From: Naegleria gruberi
Lineage: Eukaryota
Assembly: GCA_000004985.1 (NCBI GenBank)
Contig: GG738846.1
Direction: 5' to 3' (one strand)
Length of the DNA: 64,000 nucleotides
Below, one piece after another: positions 1-8,429 of this stretch (position 1 is the stretch's first letter; each line of letters opens with the position of its first letter). The notes under the pieces were generated by a model. That model was not told the DNA's origin. It worked only from the letters and a program-made list of their open reading frames with translations, and searched no databases. The position numbers were made by a program, and so were the translations under genes.

Positions 1-369
1 GCTAAAGCTGAAAGAAAGTTGAAGAATTATGAAGCAAGTATCCAAAGCATTGACAAATCAATTGATTTGAAAAAGAATGATGCCAACTATTTCCATACTC
101 GTGCTGTTGCTTGGAGAAAGATGGGTCAATACCAGAAAGCAGAAGCAGACCACAATATGGCAATTCAACTCAAACCTAACAATACCAAATTCAAATCAAG
201 TTTGGAAAAGACTAAAAAGTTAGCTCGTACTCAACCTCCTCAAACGCAACCAGCTCAAAAAGAGGAAACCACACCTGGTACAAGTGCACCTCCCTCAACA
301 ACAGACAACTTGACAAACCAACAACCACAAACCCCAACTCCAAATCCAACAGAGAATAAAGCTGATTAA
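1..369 (+). CDS. C-terminal fragment of a TPR-repeat protein (5' end outside window)
   Basis: The reading frame is open from base 1 to TAA at 367-369. It contains a TPR-like motif (YEASIQSIDKSIDLKKNDANYFHTRAVAWRKMGQYQKAEADHNMAIQLKPNN) followed by a Pro/Thr/Gln-rich tail. The ORF-track M at 19 is TTG, not ATG. Confidence 0.45.
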   Translation, partial: AKAERKLKNYEASIQSIDKSIDLKKNDANYFHTRAVAWRKMGQYQKAEADHNMAIQLKPNNTKFKSSLEKTKKLARTQPPQTQPAQKEETTPGTSAPPSTTDNLTNQQPQTPTPNPTENKAD

Positions 370-505
370 TCATCAGTTCACTGATTTTTCGCATGCACTA
401 CATCTTGTGATAGGCATCTCTTAAATTTAGGAGGTCGGCAACCATAAAGTAACCTGTCTTCCATCTATGGAAAGTATGAAATTAATTTGAAAAAATCAGC
501 GCCGT

Positions 506-2143
506 ATGCCATTAACATATCAAAGAAAAATGTCAAACAGCACCACCTCAACTCACCCAAATGCCACTCCCATGCAATTAACTGCCGACCACATTGAATC
601 TTCTAATGACAACTCACCAACTCTGATAGAATTAAAAGAAGTTAACAACAAGGAAGAAGAAGAACAAACTCAACAACAAGAAACAAACTTTGAGGATGAC
701 AATGATGTCTGTAGTGATTCAGATAGTGTCTATGTTCAGGTTGCTACCAGAAAAACTCAACGTCTTACCCTCACTTCTATCAAACCACAAATTGACAAGT
801 TTCGAATAGATAGAGCTCAAAATTCATCACCAATTGCTTCCGGAAATGTTGCTGGAAACAATCTAACTACTGTAAAGAAACCAACAACCGAATCAATCTT
901 CACCAAAACAACTGCAAAAACAGGGAAATCTGGCAAGTCCTCTCTCTCTTCTGTCACCTTTCGAATTCCAACATGTTGTGGTATGATTGAATTGAATCTA
1001 GTGAGAGTCTTATCTCTATTGGGAATGTTATTGAATATTGGTGCATTCATTGCCATTGCAGTGATTGTTGGAAATGCTTTCAAATTGGATGCCAAGAAAG
1101 AAACTAATCTCCTCTTGCTCAGAACGGAATTCTTGACCAATTACTATAAAATAGATTGCATTGTCAAGACGGCATGTGTAACTGGTGATATCCAACTCGT
1201 TGCTGAATATAACATGCTGCAACCCAATGCTAGTCAGCAATTACTGGAATTGAAGAAGAATCTTCCGGCCGAATCTTTGAAAAATCTCAAATTGGATTTT
1301 GCCTCACCTCAATACGTTGGTCTGAACAATCTCATTATGGGTTATATTGCACAAGGAGATTTGGATTCTGCCAACTCTGTTCGAAAAAGTTTATCCTATC
1401 TCATTATGGATGGCTATACTAATATCCTTTTAAATATAGTTCGTACGGAAATTGATAAATTAAGTGAAGAGAAACAGGATTATTTGAGATTATTTGGAGC
1501 TGTCAATATGAGTATGGTTTTATTTGGTGTGGCTATTAGTGTGCCAATTGTCTTGTTGATTTTCGCCATTGCATTGTCGACAGATGTGGCCAGTAAGAGA
1601 AAGCTCAATAAGGCAACAGGTATCATGATTATGGAAGCAATTGCAAGTGAAAAGTACAATCCAATATTTAAAACATTTTGTGAGAAGGAATCATGTTTGG
1701 ATTATTTTACATTATTGGATAATTGTCATGATTATCATGAATTATGTGATAGAGCTCATGATTTGAGATATTCTAATCATACATATGGCAATGATCATTC
1801 AGAATTGAATTCTGCCTCATCAATTTCTGAAGACAAAATCCACAAGGAACAATTCGAAACCATTGAACGAAACAAGTATGAGGTGGCATTTAAGATATTT
1901 TCCGAATTCATTGATCCAAATGGTGAAACTCCAATCAAAACAAGTAAGATACTCCAAGACCGAGTAAAGAATGTATTGGATGAATTTAATGTTGGCAGCG
2001 TATTGGACGATGATTTGTTTGATGAATTGGAAAAGCAAGTGTGTGAAATGATTAGTGAGCACTTTATTAAATTTAAACAACAAATCAAACAAAAAAGAAG
2101 ACAAATTAATTCAAAAAACAAGATTGAAAAGGTCAATAAATAA
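506..2143 (+). CDS. membrane protein with tentative C-terminal RGS-like domain
   Basis: ATG at 506 sits in an A-rich context. The uninterrupted ORF is 545 aa and ends with TAA at 2141-2143. Two hydrophobic helices are present (VRVLSLLGMLLNIGAFIAIAVIVGNAF; MSMVLFGVAISVPIVLLIFAIAL). The C-terminal ~130 aa (…VAFKIFSEFIDPNGE…DDDLFDELEKQVCEMISEHFIKF) resembles the second half of an RGS fold, but this is a weak call. Confidence 0.5.
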   Translation: MPLTYQRKMSNSTTSTHPNATPMQLTADHIESSNDNSPTLIELKEVNNKEEEEQTQQQETNFEDDNDVCSDSDSVYVQVATRKTQRLTLTSIKPQIDKFRIDRAQNSSPIASGNVAGNNLTTVKKPTTESIFTKTTAKTGKSGKSSLSSVTFRIPTCCGMIELNLVRVLSLLGMLLNIGAFIAIAVIVGNAFKLDAKKETNLLLLRTEFLTNYYKIDCIVKTACVTGDIQLVAEYNMLQPNASQQLLELKKNLPAESLKNLKLDFASPQYVGLNNLIMGYIAQGDLDSANSVRKSLSYLIMDGYTNILLNIVRTEIDKLSEEKQDYLRLFGAVNMSMVLFGVAISVPIVLLIFAIALSTDVASKRKLNKATGIMIMEAIASEKYNPIFKTFCEKESCLDYFTLLDNCHDYHELCDRAHDLRYSNHTYGNDHSELNSASSISEDKIHKEQFETIERNKYEVAFKIFSEFIDPNGETPIKTSKILQDRVKNVLDEFNVGSVLDDDLFDELEKQVCEMISEHFIKFKQQIKQKRRQINSKNKIEKVNK

Positions 2144-2160
2144 ATAAAATTTAATATTAC

Positions 2161-3090
2161 TTTGTGATTAACTTGAAATGTTATTAACGAACAATCAAAA
2201 AAGTCCAAGAAAACAAAGTCAAAAGTTACCGTAGGTACAATTTTAACAACCAATCCACTATTTTACACTCCTCCACAAAACGTACTAAATAATAACAAAA
2301 AATAATGATTGAGAATATCATAACCTTTGTATAATATAAACTCTAACACTTTTAATAATTGCAAATTTTTTTGAAATTTGCTTGTTGCTACTTGTTTTAT
2401 TGTTAAAAGCTTAACGCTTACTGCGATCTAATATTGGTTTGTTAGAGGTTATCTTTTTCCACTCCTTTGAGAATTTGGATAATAGAAGGTTGTAATGATA
2501 AAGAAGAATTTAATAATTTAATAGACCAACATGGAATTGTTTTACAAAGCATAACAATATTAAGTTTAGTTCAATACAAAATCTAATTCTAATAACTTCG
2601 TTTGAAAAAAAAGGGTAAATACTACAATGTTAACGATTTACTTAACATAGGTTCTGTTGTTGCTATTGAGTTGTTAATTAAAATTAATAATTAATGTTAT
2701 TGTTGTTTCGAATTTAACTAACAAACCTTGAATCCAAACTTTTGAATATTGGTATTCGTTTTTCCAATAAGAAAGCTATTATTATTATCAGAGATAATTG
2801 ATTGTTGCTTTTAAATTTTGGTGGTTTTGTAGTGCTGATAAATTTGTTTGTTGTAAAAGGCTATTTTTATAAGAAAATCCTTTCCATGACTTTGAAATAG
2901 TGGTTTCTTTTTTAAATTGTTTAACCAAGGACTTTGCTAATTCGTTATTTGTGGTAAAATCAAAAATTTGGTCTTCTTGATGATGTAATATATGAAAATA
3001 AATTGACATATTTTTTTAAATAAACTATTTTATCATTACCCAATCATGAAAGGCTAATGGGGAGAGATTATATTTTGGTGTGGATGAATT
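2161..3090. repeat. tandem repeat unit copy 1 (module A 2161-2565 + module B 2700-3090)
   Basis: Module B is >95% identical to 3915-4235. Module A matches 3531-3735 except for two internal deletions in copy 2. It contains the 21-mer AAGCTTAACGCTTACTGCGAT at 2408-2428. Confidence 0.8.
2788..3009 (-). CDS. short ORF of conserved-N-terminus family (MSIYFHILHHQEDQIF…), 73 aa
   Basis: True ATG at 3009..3007 in a ttaaaaaaATG context. It lies inside repeat module B. Divergent paralogs conserve ~50 aa (…ELAKSLVKQFKKETTISKSWKGFS) at the protein level. Confidence 0.3.
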   Translation of the reverse strand: MSIYFHILHHQEDQIFDFTTNNELAKSLVKQFKKETTISKSWKGFSYKNSLLQQTNLSALQNHQNLKATINYL

Positions 3091-3242
3091 ATAATCCAAT
3101 GGCCAAACAATGAATGATTTTATTGATTATTTGTTTGAAAGAGATAGTGAACTAATATTTAGAAATTGCAAGAGAGGTCACAAAATTCAAAAGACCTTAA
3201 TGAAATAATAATGAAGAATTTTCTTTTCCAAAAAGAAATAAT

Positions 3243-3491
3243 TTAATCTTTAAAAGAAAATAACTTCTCAATTTGTTTAACAAAAGCTCCAATAGAAGAG
3301 AAAATCAATATTGGTGGTGATAAATTTGTTTTTTGTTTATCAGAAAATCCATGCCATAATTTTCTAGCGGTTTCTTTTTTAAATTGTTCAACGAAAGACA
3401 TTACTAATTCGCTATCTATAATGCTACTAATAACAAAACCAAAAATTTGATCTTCCTGATGATATAATAAATGAAAAGAATAACTCGACAT
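3243..3491 (-). CDS. short ORF, divergent family member (MSSYSFHLLYHQEDQIFGF…), 82 aa
   Basis: It is ~60% aa identical to the 2788-3009 ORF over the first ~50 aa, while the DNA is clearly diverged. Maintenance of the frame suggests coding. Confidence 0.3.
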   Translation of the reverse strand: MSSYSFHLLYHQEDQIFGFVISSIIDSELVMSFVEQFKKETARKLWHGFSDKQKTNLSPPILIFSSIGAFVKQIEKLFSFKD

Positions 3492-3530
3492 TTTTTTTTA
3501 ACTTTTTAGAGTATATTAATATCCAAGCAC

Positions 3531-4235
3531 TCTGTGATTAACTTGAAATGATATTCACGAACCATCAAAAAAGTCCAAGAAAACAAAGTCAAAAGTAACC
3601 GTAAGTACAATTTTATCACTCCTCCACAAAAATAAACTCTAACAAAATTTGGATAATAGAAGGTTATAACAATAAAGAAGAATTTGATAATTTAATAGAC
3701 CAACATGGAATTGTTTTACAAAGCATAACATATATCTCCTTCTTGTACGTCTCTTTATCCGATTTATAAATACCTTTAAAATTACATTTGCATACTCATA
3801 TTACACATCTATTTATAAACAAGCTCACCAAATCAAAAAATGGTAATCATAGAATCAAACGTCCACACAAGGACTCAGATATTGGAATGAGTTTTATGGG
3901 ATATACTGAAATTACAATTGTTGTTTCGAATTCAACTAACAAACCTTTGAACATTGGTATTCGTTTTTCCAATAATAAATTTGTTTGTTGTAAAAGGCTA
4001 TTTTTATAAGAAAATCCTTTCCATGACTTTGAAATAGTGGTTTCTTTTTTAAATTGTTTAACCAAGGACTTCGCTAATTCGTTATTTGTAGTAAAATCAA
4101 AAAGTTGGTCTTTTTGATGATGTAATATATGAAAATAAATTGACATATTTTTTTAAATAAACTATTTTATCATTACCCAATCATGAAAGGCTAATGGGGG
4201 AGAGATTATATTTTGGTGTGGATAAATTATTATAA
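3531..4235. repeat. tandem repeat unit copy 2 (module A' 3531-3735 + module B' 3915-4235)
   Basis: Direct repeat of 2161-3090, offset ~1.37 kb. The B modules are near-identical, including non-coding flanks. Confidence 0.8.
3847..4146 (-). CDS. short ORF of conserved-N-terminus family, 99 aa (near-identical to 2788-3009 copy, different C-terminus)
   Basis: It lies in repeat module B'. It is identical to copy 1 for 57 aa and then diverges through an indel. Confidence 0.3.
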   Translation of the reverse strand: MSIYFHILHHQKDQLFDFTTNNELAKSLVKQFKKETTISKSWKGFSYKNSLLQQTNLLLEKRIPMFKGLLVEFETTIVISVYPIKLIPISESLCGRLIL

Positions 4236-4790
4236 TCAATACTAATTACAATAAATCAACAATAAATTTGGAATATTTTATTTTTGAAATAATTCATTTT
4301 TTAGTTTATTTTTGGATTTAGATTTTGGCTTTTTGGTTCAATTTGGCTTTTTGCCGATTTTTTATTCACCTATATCCAAAAACTGGTTTGGGATGGATTT
4401 TGGATATTAATATACTCTCTATTATTAATAAAATTAACATAAACAAACCATTGAATACTTCATTATTAATATCAGTGGATCTATTTACTTTTGTTTTCAC
4501 TATTGAAAAATTCTTTAATCAATTAGGAATTAAAAGTTTCTTAATTGTTCCACTTATATATTCGATGAACCCAGTGGTGTCCATTAATTCGAATAGAAGA
4601 ATGTGATCATTTAGATGTTCTTTAACAATATCAATGAATCAACTTTGATAGTATTTATTACTATTTTACAATTATCTGATTCAACAGTGGAATCCATTAA
4701 TAATTATAGTGTTAGAATTAGGAACATGAGGAATCTGATTTCAAGAAGAGGAAATAATTTCTTATTTGTCTATTTTCTAACATGCTTGAT

Positions 4791-5048
4791 TCAATAGAAT
4801 TCAAAGAGAATGAGGTTCAAACTCTCTCCAAGCTGCAAAGAAATTGGTTTGATAGGATGAAGAAACTTTTCTAGATAAGATGTTGACGGTATTGTAGAAA
4901 ATCTATTCCATAACTTTGAAATGGTGGTTTCTTTTTTAAATTGTTCAACCAAAGACATTGCTAATTCGTTATCTATAATGTTACTAATAATAAAACCAAA
5001 AATTTGATCTTTCTGATGATACAATAAATGAAAAGAATAACTCGACAT
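4791..5048 (-). CDS. short ORF, divergent family member (MSSYSFHLLYHQKDQIFGF…), 85 aa
   Basis: ATG at 5048..5046. The track ORF 4791-5159 starts upstream at a non-ATG codon. It conserves the …LVEQFKKETTISKLW… motif. Confidence 0.3.
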   Translation of the reverse strand: MSSYSFHLLYHQKDQIFGFIISNIIDNELAMSLVEQFKKETTISKLWNRFSTIPSTSYLEKFLHPIKPISLQLGESLNLILFEFY

Positions 5049-5073
5049 TTTTTTTTTAATAGTTTCAATATTA

Positions 5074-5811
5074 TTTTTAATTGTTACTTTCGGTAGAAAC
5101 ATTTGGATCATAATTGGTAAATTCAATATTTGCATTCTTTGTTCTGGAAAATTCACCATGCTTCACTTTTAATTTACATGTGGCATTAAAGTGGCATCCT
5201 TGTTGTGCCATTTTACAAACAACTCGAGCAATATTTTTACAATCATCAATACCAGAATGATGTTTGCCAAGGAGAGGTAATTTCAGTGCATTTAACATTG
5301 TCAACATGCCATTCACCTTTTCCATATTGTAAAACTTGGCAAATACATCCTTGACATTGCACCATTGTGTGAAATGAGATCCAATTAAGGAAATTGTTTG
5401 TTTCTCAAAGAAAACTTGATGTGGAATCATTGTTTTTAAGTCCCAATCTTTGAGAATTGTTAAAAACTAATCAAATTGAAAATATTTACCTCCACAAGTG
5501 GCCATCAGGATGTTATCTTTGGTTGGTTTTTCTCCTAAATGAGACATTAACCATTCATTGTGTCTCTTGAGTGCTTCTTCGAATGAAACTCCAGATTCGA
5601 CCATTTCTTGAGTAATTCCAGTCAATTTGGTGCATTCTTCATTAATTTTTGGAATTCTTCTTGTTTTTACATAGTTTTGAATTTCATCCACAACAACCAA
5701 TTGCTTTTCACTTTCAAATTTTAACAAGACTGATGGAAATTCAATAATTTCCATATCATAATTTCTATTAGTTTTACAATCGTCTGCAAAAACAGCTTCA
5801 AAATCCAACAC
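5074..5811 (-). CDS. ERI-1/3'hExo-like DEDDh 3'-5' exonuclease (2 exons seen: 5811..5490, 5447..5074; intron 5448..5489, 42 nt)
   Basis: Exo I motif VLDFEAV. Splicing restores the conserved TCGDWDLK Exo II motif (…MATCG|DWDLKTMIPHQ…). Exo III motif HSGIDDCKNIARV. Donor GTAAAT and acceptor AAG. Stop TAA at 5074-5076. The 5' end is unresolved: there is no in-frame ATG in the exon, and a candidate ATG at 6089..6087 is separated from it by a (TCT)n tract with an apparent frameshift. Confidence 0.6.
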
Positions 5812-6355
5812 ACAAATATACTTGAATGCAGTGGAACTACTACTTCCACTTGATGACTCTGCAACAGGAGCTTTACTAGTAAATGCATTTGATTTTGTTG
5901 ATTCGGAATGAAATCTTCTCTCTGGTTTATCTTTTTGATTGGCATTACTTGTTGTATTTACACTCTTAAATTGTTTACCACCAGAGAAGAAGAAGAAGAT
6001 GAAGATTTAGTGGCAGTGGTCTTTTTACTTGTTGTTTTTGATGAAGAAGAGTTATTTTGATGTTCTGATCTGAAATTGAATTGTGACATTTTTTTGTTGT
6101 TTGGTTTCAGACGTGGTTGTTTGAAAGAAATGTTTTATTTTGAAATTGAAGGTTAAAATTCATGATGTTTCTCAATTTTGAAGTTGAAGCTAGCAAAGAG
6201 GTCTTGGTGGACACAGTTGTAATGAAGTAAGTTTATCGATTCCTTCTCGGCGTGAATCCACATGAATTCAACGTTGAATATTGTACATCATTAGCTTATA
6301 TTGAACTGACTTTTTTATCCTCACAACAATATTGGATTCCTGTTCATGATTTCTT

Positions 6356-6664
6356 TTATTTTCTCCTCAAATAAAGAATACCAGCCACAATCAAACAGAA
6401 TGGCAAGATTAAGATTTTCCAACCAAGAGTAAAGAGCAGAGCAGTTGTTGCCACAATTCCTCCAAAAGCTCCACTAAACATAACAACCACCATATTGGCA
6501 GTTGAATATCGGTCCTGATTATTCTTATAGATGAGGGAGCTTATTCCGAAAGCTACCATACCAGCCATTGCTGCAGAAGCTGCAGTTGCAAGCAGTGGTG
6601 TAATTCCGAATTTTATTAAGGGATTCACTATGGGATGTTCCAAGAAGCTGTAAAGTTGTTCCAT
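6356..6664 (-). CDS. small multi-pass membrane protein (~101 aa; TMEM14-like size/topology, tentative)
   Basis: True ATG at 6664..6662. It has 3-4 hydrophobic Gly/Ala-rich helices and an intact ORF. Confidence 0.4.
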   Translation of the reverse strand: MEQLYSFLEHPIVNPLIKFGITPLLATAASAAMAGMVAFGISSLIYKNNQDRYSTANMVVVMFSGAFGGIVATTALLFTLGWKILILPFCLIVAGILYLRRK

Positions 6665-6835
6665 TTTTTTTTAAAGTTTCTAGTTCAGGAGTGTGATGGA
6701 ATAAAAGAGAACTTGATAATTGAGAAAATTGATTATAAATCAAGAGTGAAATTTGTCTAGTTGAATAAACAATTCAGGTGAGTTGATTTTGTCGAGGTAA
6801 TATATTTTACGAATTATGACAAGTCGTAAATAGGT

Positions 6836-7688
6836 TCAATTACATGTAAGTGAATAGTTGGGATTTTCAATCCAATCAAACAAGTGCTCATGTGGAAAGA
6901 TGGGATTTCCACAATTTGGATTTGAGAGTGTCTCGTTTGTGGTGAGTAACATTAAATCTAGAGATGGTGTATGTTTTGGGCTTCCCATTGCATTAAAGTG
7001 AAGCACCCTAACACAAGATGTGATGCAGTTTTGATGACCAGCATATTGCAAGTGTAGTCCACATTCCATTTCATGAATCCATGCTCTATTCGTTATTCTA
7101 TCGAGAGTATTGAGCACATCCTGATCAGCCAATAGTGTCTCTCCNNNNNNNNNNNNNNNNNNNNNNNNNNNNNNNNNNNNNNNNNNNNNNNNNNTACAGA
7201 TACTCCCAGGCATAGATTAGACCATCAAAACCATGAACCAAGAAGGTATCTGCATCCAAAAACAAGAAATGTGCCAATTTATGTTGAAAGAATTCAATCA
7301 GCTTTAACTTCTTGTTGGCAGAGGCAGCACTATAATGTGTCGATTTGGCGTCAACAGACAACTCGTTCGACTCATAGAATTTCAACGAAACTCTCTCACA
7401 AGAACCAAATCTCTTCACAATACAATCGATGGTATTGGTTGAATTCATGAAAACATGTAGAGTTACATGGTGGGGAGGCGAGGGACATGATGGAAGAGCT
7501 AACAATGGAGAGGCAACCTTTTCTGAGTTTTCATAGATTACCACAACATGCATGAGATGTCCAGCTCCAGCAGCACCAGGTTGTTTTGAAGAATATTTCT
7601 GGTGCGAGTAGAGAAAATGTCTTTCCAGGAGGAATGTTATGAGAGAGAAACAGAGAATTGGCAAAATGACTTTAAATTTATAATTCAT
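6836..7688 (-). CDS. type-II-membrane/secreted protein with DXD motif (possible glycosyltransferase); interrupted by 50-N assembly gap 7145-7194
   Basis: ATG at 7688..7686, followed by an N-terminal hydrophobic anchor (KVILPILCFSLITFLL) and an LFLDADTFLV motif. The same frame continues on both sides of the gap to a stop at 6836-6838. Confidence 0.4.
7145..7194. other. assembly gap (50 N)
   Basis: Run of N. Confidence 1.
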
Positions 7689-7989
7689 TATCGTAGTTTT
7701 GAATGATTTTTTTATATATACAACAACAACAACACACTTTGAAACTTGCCAATTACTATTGGGGTTTCATTTGGAAACAGGTGTTGGTCTAACAATGTTT
7801 GACACGACTAATCTATGGCAAATATGAGTTTTTTTGTTTTGTCATAATGTTGGAAATGGGTGTTTCTTCACGCCCTTATCATTTGTCAGGTGCTGGAAAT
7901 AAACCAAACCAAGCAATTTGATAAACCAAATAAAAACAGTCTCAGTTGACAAGTGATACTTGTTTTTTAATTATTTTCGTAGAGCATTC

Positions 7990-8300
7990 CACACTACTTG
8001 ACTTTAAAGAACCTGGTGTAGTAGCGAGTGCTAAACACAAAGCTGTTGGAAATACATCATTTCGCTGTTGACTTCATACAAACAGCATCCAAAGTGTTAG
8101 TCTAACTTGTTTTTGGTAATTTTAAGGTACAAATCAGGAGATTTTTGAAAGCTTGTTGAACAAAGTGGACTATCATATAAACATCAATAGAAAACCATGG
8201 TGAATGAGTGTTTATTACTCTACTAACTCCATGTTGTGATTTTCTAGCCACATTAGGCCTAGGATTGATGGTGTACCATGATACAAATACTTGAAGTGTT
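7990..8300 (+). pseudogene. degenerate partial inverted duplicate of the 5' coding region of the adjacent receptor-like kinase gene
   Basis: On the + strand, 8030-8066 (GAGTGCTAAACACAAAGCTGTTGGAAATA) and 8160-8300 align to the kinase sense sequence (ESAKHKAVGNN … IETSIENNGDCEYVAVSLLTSWPCCDFLAT, encoded on the minus strand near 11450-11760). Indels and stops disrupt the copy. The track ORFs 8102-8311(-) and 11447-11635(+) share this similarity as antisense reads. Confidence 0.55.
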
Positions 8301-8429
8301 TTTTTCCTCACATTTATTATGATTGGGAGACTTGAGATTCCAATACCGAACTCAAGAGCAAACGACCAATCAGGTTAGTAGAAACCACATATCCTTTGGA
8401 TGTAAACGTAATTGATGGTTATTAGATAT

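Noticed and set aside
816-2253. Minus-strand ORFs overlapping the 506-2143 gene (817-1140, 1028-1240, 1795-2253, 1820-2104)
   Set aside because: They are antisense to a long intact + strand ORF with TM helices and a domain-like C-terminus. They are low-complexity Phe/Leu/Ile-rich antisense reads.
2161-5159. Possible CRISPR-like array because of regularly recurring similar segments
   Set aside because: The repeats are hundreds of bp long, contain ORFs, have variable spacing and lack short identical direct repeats separated by unique spacers. The context is eukaryotic with introns.
6836-7213. Zinc-metalloprotease HExxH motif in WIHEMECGLH
   Set aside because: Spacing is H-E-x5-H, not HExxH, and no downstream metzincin Met-turn or third ligand is evident.
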